Shown piece after piece: positions 48,844-60,650 of a stretch of DNA of 64,000 bases (position 1 is the stretch's first letter; each line of letters starts with the position of its first letter). A model generated the notes under the pieces. The model saw only the letters and a list, made by a program, of their open reading frames with translations, had not been told where the DNA came from and made no database searches. Source of the stretch: Chloroflexota bacterium. Its GTDB lineage: Bacteria; Chloroflexota; Dehalococcoidia; Lucifugimonadales; JADFKI01. Where the stretch lies: contig JAQBUT010000014.1 in NCBI GenBank assembly GCA_027623195.1, positions 21,881 through 85,880 on the forward strand, written 5' to 3'. The translations under genes and the position numbers were made by a program.

Positions 48844-49542
48844 TTATTGACAATTATTGTGCATCTTCCATAGCTCTGGGTCGTGGCCCGCCGGAACCTT
48901 TGCACATGGGTCGTCACCCGAAGCATAGCCTCTTAACGAATTGTATTGGACAACCTGAGATGGAGTCAGGACGTCTATCATAGACAGGTGCGTGCTCAGA
49001 TGAATTACTCTTAGACGGCCATAAAGGTCACCGCTCTCCAAGGCCATATCTCTTAGTGATTCTTCTGTGACAATGCCACTCGAAAAAGCATTATCAATGG
49101 ATTCTTCAAGCTCAACTATAAGCTCTCCAATTCCAATCGCTTCGGTACGCATACCTTCGTAAAGGTGTTCAACCTGTTCAAGTTGCTCGCCAGTCGTATG
49201 AAACTCTCCAGACTCTACTGCGTCCAATACGTGACGTGGGCCCGGATAACCGTTCAATTCCGCAGGCTTGGCCAATCCACCAAAAGGAGTTCCTGCGCCG
49301 TGAAGCAGGCCCTCGATATCCTGGGGTGACAAGAATTTAATCTTTCTGGTCTCTTGCCCTACGTACGGAGACTGTATAGAACTCGTGGATGTTGGTGGAG
49401 GGACATACGTTGGTTGGCTATTAGTTGACGAATCTTCCAGAACTTTAGTGGTCGCTGGTTCCTCTCTGGAACAAGCGACAGCCAGGAGGGCAATTAGGGC
49501 AACGAAAAATATCGTTATCCGACTCGAATGATGAAAATTCAA
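48844..49542 (-). CDS. lipoprotein, helical Spy/CpxP-like domain
   Basis: Lipobox LAVAC; KPAELNGYPGPRHVL motif, LTPSQ..Y..LRGY; C-terminal Cys/His. Confidence 0.7.
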   Translation of the reverse strand: MNFHHSSRITIFFVALIALLAVACSREEPATTKVLEDSSTNSQPTYVPPPTSTSSIQSPYVGQETRKIKFLSPQDIEGLLHGAGTPFGGLAKPAELNGYPGPRHVLDAVESGEFHTTGEQLEQVEHLYEGMRTEAIGIGELIVELEESIDNAFSSGIVTEESLRDMALESGDLYGRLRVIHLSTHLSMIDVLTPSQVVQYNSLRGYASGDDPCAKVPAGHDPELWKMHNNCQ

Positions 49543-49697
49543 TTGCGGTGTCCTTTCGATTTCCCTGTACAGCTTTCGCTAGATGGAACCGGTGCCATCG
49601 CGAAAACTATTGACGACTTTTATTCTAGCGTAGCCAGCGGACTTGGCAGCAAATGCACTCCAGGGTATTATCCAGTTCACTAGCAAACGTTTAGTAC

Positions 49698-50378
49698 GTG
49701 AGAACAGGAAAAATGCCACTCATCATAGGGATAACGGGCTCCATAGCCGCAGGCAAGAGTATTGCATGCGAGGCCATCACTGCACTGGGGGCGACCCACT
49801 GCGATGCCGACCGCCTGGTGCATCGGCTGTACGACCCTGGCAAGCCTGCATTCGACCGCATCGTGGCCGCCTTTGGCAATGAGGTTGTGGGCGAGGACGG
49901 TTTCGTAGACCGCAAAGTCTTGGGCTCTAAGGTATTCGGCAACCCCGTGGAGATGAGCAGGCTAACCACAGCTATCGGCGATATCGCGAAGGCCATCAAG
50001 GACGTGGTGGACGAGTGGAACGTATCTCTTGGGGCTGAAGACGTGGCGCTACTGGAGGCCGTTAACCTCATTGAAGGCGGATATGGCCGGTGGTGTAACC
50101 AGGTGTGGCTTTTGGCCTGCGAGGATGAGGTGGCCCGCGCACGGCTTATGGAGCGGAACCAGATGAGCGAGGATGACGCCAACCAGAGGCTGGCCAGCCA
50201 GCGAAAATGGCAGGATCGAGAGCCCGCGGCCGACCTTGTGCTTGTCAACGATTCTGGTATCGACGAATTCCGAATAAAGGTGGAGGGCGAATTCACCAGC
50301 GCCAGGGACCTTTGGCTGTCCGGTAAACTTCCGCCCTCCAGGTATTACCAATGGTGGGAATCTAGAAACGCAGGCTAA
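49698..50378 (+). CDS. coaE: dephospho-CoA kinase
   Basis: IIGITGSIAAGKS, DAD, VDRKVLG..VF, RLMER..RLASQ. Confidence 0.9.
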   Translation: MRTGKMPLIIGITGSIAAGKSIACEAITALGATHCDADRLVHRLYDPGKPAFDRIVAAFGNEVVGEDGFVDRKVLGSKVFGNPVEMSRLTTAIGDIAKAIKDVVDEWNVSLGAEDVALLEAVNLIEGGYGRWCNQVWLLACEDEVARARLMERNQMSEDDANQRLASQRKWQDREPAADLVLVNDSGIDEFRIKVEGEFTSARDLWLSGKLPPSRYYQWWESRNAG

Positions 50379-51562
50379 TCGTCGGCGGTCACCGGCTCCG
50401 TCCTCTTACTCTTGAACGCCGGCATGACCTCCTCGGAGAACTGCTCTAACTGCTCGATTATTACACTCTGCGGCGTACCCACCGGCAGACCCAAATTAAT
50501 CTCTTCGAGGCCGGGGTACTGCTTCTGAATTTCCATCAGCTTCTCGGTGATCATCTCGGGCGTGCCGACCAGCCACGCGCCGGAGTCTATAGCCTGCTCA
50601 ATTGTCGGCAGCCCGGCAGAGTTGATGCGCTTGGGATCGCCCAACGCGCTGATCTGATCGTCGGTGAGGCCTCTAACGAAACCTAGAGGACCGAACATCT
50701 TCATGTTCTCCTGGAAATACTTCCTGCAATCCTCGATTGCCTTTTCCGGGCTCTCCGCGATGTAAATCGATATCCCCACGATGAGGTCCTCGCCTAGCTC
50801 CTGCTCACGACCGTGCTTGGCCTGCACATCTTGCCATGCTTTCACAACTGAAGACGCGGCTCCACCAGTGGCCGCTCCTCCGCCGATGATGCCCTTGATG
50901 CCGTGCTTTGCCATGAAATTCAGGCCGCGCTCGCTGGCGCTGACCACGGGCTGCCAGCACTCGACAGGGTTCACAGGCCTTGGAACCAGGGTGATTTCCT
51001 CCAGTTGATAGCCTCTGTAAGGAACGCTGGGGGGAAGGGTGTAATACTTGCCCTGATGGGAAAAGGACTCCTCTTTGAAGGCCTTAAAGATTATGTCCAC
51101 CTGCTCTTCAAACAGCTCCCGGTTGGCGTCACCGTCAATCATTGGCGCACCGAATACCTCAACCTCACGGGTGTGGTAGCCGCGACCAACGCCAAAGATG
51201 GTCCGACCGCCGGTCAGGATATCGGCGGTGGCGTAATCCTCGGCCAGGCGCAGCGGATGCCACATAGGCGCGACGTTAAAGCCGCAACCGATCTTAATGT
51301 TCTTGGTGATGTGAGACAGGTGTACGGCTTCCATAAGTAGGTTGGGGATGCACTCGTACCCCTCGCGCTGGAAGTGGTGCTCGGCCATCCAGAAGGTGTC
51401 GTACCCCTTCTTGTCCATGGTCGTTGCGATGGCGTCTGTCTTCTCAAACACCGTCACCAGCTTTTCGTTGGAATAAAACCTTTCGTTGGCCGGTGTAGCG
51501 TCGAACCCCATGTCCGGCAGGTCTATGTGACCCGCGAACAGGCTTCCGAATCTCTTTATCAT
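50375..51562 (-). CDS. LLM-class flavin-dependent oxidoreductase
   Basis: WMAEHHF, HPLRLAED, GRTIFGVGRGY, VGTPE, EEVMP. Confidence 0.92.
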   Translation of the reverse strand: MIKRFGSLFAGHIDLPDMGFDATPANERFYSNEKLVTVFEKTDAIATTMDKKGYDTFWMAEHHFQREGYECIPNLLMEAVHLSHITKNIKIGCGFNVAPMWHPLRLAEDYATADILTGGRTIFGVGRGYHTREVEVFGAPMIDGDANRELFEEQVDIIFKAFKEESFSHQGKYYTLPPSVPYRGYQLEEITLVPRPVNPVECWQPVVSASERGLNFMAKHGIKGIIGGGAATGGAASSVVKAWQDVQAKHGREQELGEDLIVGISIYIAESPEKAIEDCRKYFQENMKMFGPLGFVRGLTDDQISALGDPKRINSAGLPTIEQAIDSGAWLVGTPEMITEKLMEIQKQYPGLEEINLGLPVGTPQSVIIEQLEQFSEEVMPAFKSKRTEPVTADD

Positions 51563-51724
51563 GCGTGCCTCCTATATGGCGCTGAAAACGTTATTTAAGC
51601 GGTTTGCAGCCCAATTGTAGAGGAGTGAGGTAGGCTGTCAAGTACGCCCCTATAAAGAAAGGAAGCCTCTGGTATAATCCCCGCGTAATTTCAAGCCATT
51701 GACTCGATTATTGAGGAGAGAAAG

Positions 51725-52087
51725 ATGCCGTTTCAAGGTAACTACATATTCACAGCCAGAATGGACGTTGCTCCAGAAAAGGAGCAGCTTTTCCACGAAG
51801 TTTATGACACGGAGCACGTTCCGCTTCTGAGCAAGGTCCCGGGCGTTATATCCATTGCCCGCTTCAAGACACAAGAGCTGGTGCTGGCCATCGGCGGTGA
51901 GCGCCGCACGATGGTTGTAGAGGGCGAGCCGACCTTTAGCGCTATGTACGAGGTCGAGAGTCCCGACGTCATGTCTAGCGACGCCTGGATGGAAGCATCT
52001 GAAAAGGGACGATGGGCTGACGAGGTTCGGCCATACACAAGCAACCGCAAGCACACCCTTCGTAGACTCATCGTGCCGGGTCAGTAG
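51725..52087 (+). CDS. dimeric alpha/beta-barrel protein (EthD/DUF4286-like)
   Basis: FHEVYDTEHVP...VPG....RF, AMYEV; GAGGAG RBS. Confidence 0.75.
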   Translation: MPFQGNYIFTARMDVAPEKEQLFHEVYDTEHVPLLSKVPGVISIARFKTQELVLAIGGERRTMVVEGEPTFSAMYEVESPDVMSSDAWMEASEKGRWADEVRPYTSNRKHTLRRLIVPGQ

Positions 52088-52127
52088 ACCGCTTGAACCG
52101 TCTTTATAGATTTCAAAAGGCCATAAC

Positions 52128-53597
52128 GTGCGCCTGACCCTGGACCCGGTCAGCGCCGTGGCCCGAAGCCCGCACTACAAGTGGTGGGCGTTCACATCCA
52201 TTGGGCTTGGCCTTTTTCTGGTCGTGGCAGATCAGTCTGGCATAAACATAGCTCTTCCGCGCATCGCCGAGGAGTTTGGGGCTGACCTGCCGACGGCCCA
52301 GTGGATCGCCTTGGGCTATATCCTGGTGACCAGCATCACGTACATGCCGTTGGGTCGCCTATCGGACATCGTCGGGCGAAAAGCCGTTTACATGGGGGGC
52401 TTCGCCGTCTTCATCACCGGAGCGCTGGTCGGCGGAACGGCAGAGGCCTTTCCCGTAATCGTTGCCGCCAAACTGGTGCAGGGCATCGGAGTCGCTGGGA
52501 TCGAAGCCAACGGAATGGCTATGGTGGCGGACATATTCCCAGAGCGCGAGCGAGGCAAAGCCCTGGGTTTGTACATGTCCATCATCGGCGCGGGGGCCAT
52601 TGGCGGTCCAACCCTAGGCGGCCTTCTTGTGAGCACCCTGGGGTGGAGGTCAGTATTCTTATTCGGATCAGCTGTCGGCGTTGGCGCCCTGATTTTTGCG
52701 GTGCTGGTGCTGCAAGCCAAGGTTGGAGCGAAGGATAGGGGCCCAGTTCGGTTCGATTGGCTGGGCGCCGGCTTATCTGCCGCTGCTCTTATCAGCTTCC
52801 TGGTGGCAATTACCAACGGACACAGGGTGGGATGGGATTCTCCGGTGATCCTGGTAGGATTCGCTGTCACTCTCTTCCTATTTGCAGCATTCGTGTGGTG
52901 GGAGAGCAGAACCAAAGACCCCATGCTGGACCTAAACTTCTTCAGGAGCCGTGTATTCTCCCTGGGCGTATCCGCACGTTTCCTGTCCTTTATGGGGATG
53001 TCGTCAGTCTTCTTTCTTTTGCCCTTTTACCTGGTGCAAGGACTGGGACTGGAGCCCAGCAGGGCAGGCCTCCTAATGGTGCCTGGCGCAATTAGCATTG
53101 CCGTCCTTGGGCCTATAAGCGGGCGCTTCTCGGACAAGGTAGGCACCCGGTGGCTGACGGTGGCAGGGATGGGGCTGTCCGGGGTGGGCATACTCATGTT
53201 CTCAAGGCTCACTGTGGACTCTACCAGCGCCTACATCATCGCCGGTATGCTGGTGCACGGTATCGGCGTAGGGATCTTCTCGTCTCCAAATACCAGCGCC
53301 ATTCTGACGGCCGTTCCTAGCGAGAGATTCAGCTCGGCATCGGCTTTTCTTAATCTGACTCGAACCTCCGCCAGCCTGGCCGGCATATCCATGACGACCG
53401 CCGTCGTAACGCTAATTATGGGATCGATGGGTTTCGAGCCAAGTCTGGCCGCAGTTACAGAGGACGGGGGAGAAGGAATAAAGCAGGCTTTCGTTGCGGG
53501 GTTGGGTAAGGCCTACCTGGTAGCGGCAGGTCTACTACTGGTGTCCATGATCATATCCGCATTCCGAGGAGAGAATCCGTCGTCGGATGAAGTCTGA
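52128..53597 (+). CDS. MFS transporter, DHA2 (14-TM) family
   Basis: GRLSDIVGRK, ERGKALG, GPTLGG, WESR..PMLDL. Confidence 0.92.
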   Translation: MRLTLDPVSAVARSPHYKWWAFTSIGLGLFLVVADQSGINIALPRIAEEFGADLPTAQWIALGYILVTSITYMPLGRLSDIVGRKAVYMGGFAVFITGALVGGTAEAFPVIVAAKLVQGIGVAGIEANGMAMVADIFPERERGKALGLYMSIIGAGAIGGPTLGGLLVSTLGWRSVFLFGSAVGVGALIFAVLVLQAKVGAKDRGPVRFDWLGAGLSAAALISFLVAITNGHRVGWDSPVILVGFAVTLFLFAAFVWWESRTKDPMLDLNFFRSRVFSLGVSARFLSFMGMSSVFFLLPFYLVQGLGLEPSRAGLLMVPGAISIAVLGPISGRFSDKVGTRWLTVAGMGLSGVGILMFSRLTVDSTSAYIIAGMLVHGIGVGIFSSPNTSAILTAVPSERFSSASAFLNLTRTSASLAGISMTTAVVTLIMGSMGFEPSLAAVTEDGGEGIKQAFVAGLGKAYLVAAGLLLVSMIISAFRGENPSSDEV

Positions 53598-53621
53598 TCG
53601 CCTAATTCAGTAATCGTATGG

Positions 53622-54128
53622 TCAGGTGATGGTGAAGTCGCGTTTAGTCCGAACGTAGAGTTTTATCAACTCGTCGGCTTCGGCGCTTTCCGCACCGGAG
53701 AAAAACACCGGCACGTCCCGAGATCCAATCACGGAGAATACCACCGAGGTATAAGGCTTAACTCTGAGCAGGCTTCCCAGAATCAGGTATAGGCTTACGA
53801 CGATGCCCAGAGCTCCCGCCAAAAACAGCAGCAGTTCCATTAGGTTAGGCATGACGTTCGTTGCCACCAACTGGACCAGCATGAGAAATACGCCAACTCC
53901 CAAGAGTTTGAGGGCCATATTCATCCGGCTCTCCTGGCCACCGCTAGCCTTCTTGAAGTTGCTCACTTTCCCCAGGGAAACATCGTCGGTAACTACATCC
54001 CTATTCCTTTTATCCAAGTTTGCCAGCAGGCGTTGGCTGGTTAAAACGGCTCTTACCGTTTCGAAGACCAACTCTTCATCCTGCTTCAACTGTACGTTCA
54101 GTGCACACATTTCGTCACCACTGGGCAT
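53622..54128 (-). CDS. hypothetical membrane protein (2 TM)
   Basis: 168-aa ORF with two central hydrophobic helices. Confidence 0.7.
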   Translation of the reverse strand: MPSGDEMCALNVQLKQDEELVFETVRAVLTSQRLLANLDKRNRDVVTDDVSLGKVSNFKKASGGQESRMNMALKLLGVGVFLMLVQLVATNVMPNLMELLLFLAGALGIVVSLYLILGSLLRVKPYTSVVFSVIGSRDVPVFFSGAESAEADELIKLYVRTKRDFTIT

Positions 54129-54558
54129 AATGTTTTGGGGAGATTATACCCAATTCGTCAACAGCAAAGCACAGCGCCGCCGTCATATCGCTTCCCCGCT
54201 GTCCCGACAGGCCTCAGACATCAGGGAGGCCATTCGCCAAAAACCAGTGCCGAAATTGATTCTTCCCTTAATTAATAGGCGACCAGAAATTGGAGACCAG
54301 TTCATAGGTTTGTTGCCAATTGCCGGGGTAAGATACTGGTGGGCTTGGGCTCCTGAGCGCGTTATCCTCTTAAGTTGGAATTTGCTTACGTTATTCCTGA
54401 CCTTCAGTCCCAAGAATTTTTTGATACAGGATCCGAAAAAGTATGAGGGTTCAGCCAGGCAATACGCCCCTACGCCCGCCTATTAAGGCGCGTAGCGCGA
54501 CAAACTAAAGAGTGAATAATAGAGTTCGGTCGAATCTTGGAAAGCCTAATTAAAACCC

Positions 54559-54587
54559 TTGACTCCCCTGGGAGCAGTAGATATAAT
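54559..54587 (+). promoter_or_regulatory. sigma70 promoter of the 23S rRNA unit
   Basis: TTGACT-17 nt-TATAAT with AT-rich upstream sequence. Confidence 0.85.
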
Positions 54588-54680
54588 TTCCCTTAGTGTC
54601 AAAATGAATATTACCAAGAACTAGCACACAGCTTTCTAGGTAACCCCCCTGACGGTGGGTTTACCCGCCGTCTTTTTTTA

Positions 54681-54693
54681 GTTCTTTAACAAC
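54681..54693 (+). promoter_or_regulatory. boxA antitermination element
   Basis: GTTCTTTAACAAC matches rrn boxA. Confidence 0.75.
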
Positions 54694-54753
54694 TGAATAT
54701 GTCCTGCGAATTAAAATTAACAATACCGAGTTAAGTAAATAATCCTTAATGTG

Positions 54754-57855
<3,102 letters not shown>

Positions 57856-57947
57856 CACATTAAGGGTTATTTACTTTTTGTTAATGCAGGATATTTTCAG
57901 TTTTTGAAGGTTTTCAGTTGGTGGCCGTGTGCCACCAGCTTTAACGG

Positions 57948-58022
57948 CGCGGGGTGGAGCAGCGGCAGCTCGTTGGGCTCATAACCCAAAGGTCACAGGT
58001 TCGAGTCCTGTCCCCGCAACCA
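57948..58022 (+). tRNA. initiator tRNA-fMet (CAT)
   Basis: C1:A72 mismatch, GGG/CCC anticodon stem, CAT anticodon, GTTCGAG T-loop, encoded CCA. Confidence 0.96.
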
Positions 58023-58039
58023 TGAATAATTAGGCGATT

Positions 58040-58079
58040 AAGGCCCCTGAGGTTTCTAATCTCAGGGGCTTTTCTTTTT
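58040..58079 (+). terminator. intrinsic terminator of the rRNA/tRNA unit
   Basis: AGGCCCCTGAG / CTCAGGGGCTT followed by a U-tract. Confidence 0.85.
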
Positions 58080-58196
58080 GTCGGCGAAGCCGGAGCAGCG
58101 GTCCGTCGCGGACGAACCTTGTCAGGATTCAGCCGCCTGTGGTTAAGGTTTCCATTTCTAAGCATAGACGCCTCTGTCATACGGCGAATGGCAAAC

Positions 58197-58225
58197 TTGA
58201 CTGCCGAATTTCCAGTTCATATAAT
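58197..58225 (+). promoter_or_regulatory. sigma70 promoter of the ABC permeases
   Basis: TTGACT-17 nt-TATAAT. Confidence 0.7.
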
Positions 58226-58285
58226 GCCTCCACTCCACACAGGTGGATGTCACTAGACCAGAGTTCGGAGGGAGACTCACCAGGT

Positions 58286-59275
58286 ATGCTGGCTTTCTTA
58301 GCCCGTCGCGTTGTCGTAGCAATTGGAACCCTCTGGGTTGTCTCTGTCATTGCCTTCGCCATCATTCAGCTTCCCCCTGGAGATTACGTCACCGCCTATA
58401 TAGCCGCATTGGCATCGTCCGGAACTATAGTAACGGACGGTGAGGCCGAGACCCTTCGCGAACTATATGGTCTGGGCGATCCTATTTTCGTCCAATACTC
58501 CAAGTGGATATCTGAGGTCGTTAAGGGCGATTTTGGACAGTCGTTGGAGTACAAGTTACCCGTCACCGAAGTCATCGGCGACCGTTTGTGGACGACAATT
58601 GCCGTCGCAGGGGTCGCCGTGCTATTTGTATGGATTGTGGCCCTGCCCATCGGTATCTACTCGGCTGTAAAGCAGTATTCGCTGGCCGATTACGCCAGTA
58701 CTTTCATAGGGTTCCTGGGTCTCGCAGTGCCCAATTTCCTTCTCGCCCTGGTGCTCATGTACCTGGCTTTCAAGTACTTCAACGCCAATATCGGTGGGCT
58801 CTTCTCACCTGACTACATCGACGCCGAGTGGAGCTTCGCCAGGGTTGTGGACCTCATCAGCCATTTATGGCTACCGGCAATCGTACTTGGCACCGCAGGC
58901 ACGGCACAACTCATCCGGATAATGCGGGCCAATCTGCTCGATGAGTTACGCAAGCCATATGTTGTGACCGCACGCGCTAAGGGCATGTCGGAATGGAAGC
59001 TCATCCTGAAGTATCCGGTAAGGGTTGCGCTCAATCCTTTTGCCAGCACCATCGGCTATATTTTCCCCTACATTGTTTCAGGAAGCATTATCGTTTCGGT
59101 CGTTCTCAGCCTGCCTACGGTGGGCCCATTACTCTTGAGGGCGCTACTCGCCCAAGATATGTTCTTGGCGGGGACGATTATTCTGCTAATCGGTGCCATG
59201 ACTGTTATCGGAACGCTTATTTCGGACCTGGTGCTGATGATAGTTGACCCACGCATCCGATTTGGGGAGCAGTAG
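58286..59275 (+). CDS. peptide/nickel-type ABC transporter permease (OppB/DppB-like)
   Basis: LPPGD, GDFGQS, YVVTARAKG, VDPRIR; start set at ATG 58286. Confidence 0.93.
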   Translation: MLAFLARRVVVAIGTLWVVSVIAFAIIQLPPGDYVTAYIAALASSGTIVTDGEAETLRELYGLGDPIFVQYSKWISEVVKGDFGQSLEYKLPVTEVIGDRLWTTIAVAGVAVLFVWIVALPIGIYSAVKQYSLADYASTFIGFLGLAVPNFLLALVLMYLAFKYFNANIGGLFSPDYIDAEWSFARVVDLISHLWLPAIVLGTAGTAQLIRIMRANLLDELRKPYVVTARAKGMSEWKLILKYPVRVALNPFASTIGYIFPYIVSGSIIVSVVLSLPTVGPLLLRALLAQDMFLAGTIILLIGAMTVIGTLISDLVLMIVDPRIRFGEQ

Positions 59276-59280
59276 AAGAT

Positions 59281-60411
59281 ATGGCGGAACAAGCCCTAGT
59301 TGCTCAGATTGACGCCGCCGTCCAGGGACAAATTAACTCAGCCACTCAATGGCAGCTCATGTGGTGGCGCTTTCGGAAGCACAAGCCAGCGATGGTCGCC
59401 GGTGTCGTACTGATCCTATTTTATGTCGTTGCAATATTCGCGGAGTTCGTTGCGACGACCGAGACCAGGCTATCAGACGCCAATCGGTCATTTATCAGTC
59501 CCCAGCCGATTCACTTTTTCGATGGATGGAAGTTCAGTCCCCACGTGTTTCCTGTGGCGGGCGAACGAGATCCCGTGACCTTCATCAGGGTATACACCGT
59601 CAACAGCGAGGAAAAGATACCTATTCGGTTGTTTGCCCATGGATTCGAGTACAAGTTTTTGGGCGTGATTCGTACCGATCGTCATCTGTTTGGCGTCCCC
59701 GAAGGTTTCGAGGCTTACGAATCCATGAGTATTCTCGGGACGGATAAGCAAGGACGCGACCTGTGGTCGCGCCTGATCCTCGCGACCCGTGTCTCCATGA
59801 CAATTGGGCTTGCCGGGGTTGGTTTTAGTCTTATCCTGGGCGTTTTCCTGGGCGGAATTTCAGGTTTCTATGGAGGCATCGTTGACACCGTCGTACAGCG
59901 AATCATAGAGATAGTCCGGTCCGTGCCTACCATTCCCCTGTGGATGGGCCTGGCGGCATCCCTGCCGAGGGACTGGTCGGTCCTAAGAATCTACTTCGCC
60001 ATAACCATTATTATCTCGCTATTTGCATGGACTGAGTTGGCGCGGGTAGTGCGTGGTCGATTCCTCTCGTTGAGGGACGAGGACTTCGTTACCGCAGCGG
60101 AGTTGTCGGGCGCTAGCCGCATGCGCATTATTTTCCGGCATATGGTGCCTTCGTTCATGAGCCACATCATCGCCGCGACGACCTTGGCCGTTCCGGAAAT
60201 GATAATAAGCGAGACGGCCCTCAGTTTCCTGGGCCTCGGCCTGCGACCTCCCGCCGTCAGCTTCGGAGTGCTGCTGCAACAGGCGCAGAATATCCAGACA
60301 GTAGCCCTTTCCCCTTGGCTGATGTTGGCCGCCGTCCCCGTGATTATTGCCGTCCTGGCCTTCAACTTTCTCGGAGACGGTCTAAGGGACGCCGCCGACC
60401 CCTATGGCTAG
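59281..60411 (+). CDS. peptide/nickel-type ABC transporter permease (OppC/DppC-like)
   Basis: LGTDKQGRD, FVTAAELSGAS, ETALSFLGLG, GDGLRDAADP. Confidence 0.93.
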   Translation: MAEQALVAQIDAAVQGQINSATQWQLMWWRFRKHKPAMVAGVVLILFYVVAIFAEFVATTETRLSDANRSFISPQPIHFFDGWKFSPHVFPVAGERDPVTFIRVYTVNSEEKIPIRLFAHGFEYKFLGVIRTDRHLFGVPEGFEAYESMSILGTDKQGRDLWSRLILATRVSMTIGLAGVGFSLILGVFLGGISGFYGGIVDTVVQRIIEIVRSVPTIPLWMGLAASLPRDWSVLRIYFAITIIISLFAWTELARVVRGRFLSLRDEDFVTAAELSGASRMRIIFRHMVPSFMSHIIAATTLAVPEMIISETALSFLGLGLRPPAVSFGVLLQQAQNIQTVALSPWLMLAAVPVIIAVLAFNFLGDGLRDAADPYG

Positions 60412-60516
60412 CTACCTGACCCGACGGGAGCTGAATGAAACTTCGATGCCCCTTTGGAAGTGTCGGAGCACGCAGATATCCCGCGCTGAAATGGCTATGA
60501 TATGAGGTGTCCCGCC

Positions 60517-60546
60517 TTGACATAAACATGCGATATATACTACTAT
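60517..60546 (+). promoter_or_regulatory. putative internal promoter for the solute-binding protein gene
   Basis: TTGACA-18 nt-TACTAT in an AT-rich spacer. Confidence 0.5.
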
Positions 60547-60650
60547 CCACGACAATCATTGGGTTTAAAAACGAGAATACCACTGTTTTATACTTTGACT
60601 GTTTAATTACCCATATTAGGTCAACGATTTATAGGAATTAGGAGGATGTT

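Noticed and set aside
53803..54486. 227-aa + strand ORF upstream of the rRNA promoter
   Set aside because: About half is antisense to a plausible membrane protein; no RBS or recognisable motifs.
58085..58140. SRP-RNA-like GAACCTTGTCAGG and a 10-bp echo of the tRNA (GGAGCAGCGG) as a possible att site
   Set aside because: No GGAA tetraloop/AGCAG helix; the repeat is short, not from the tRNA 3' end, and no integrase is nearby.
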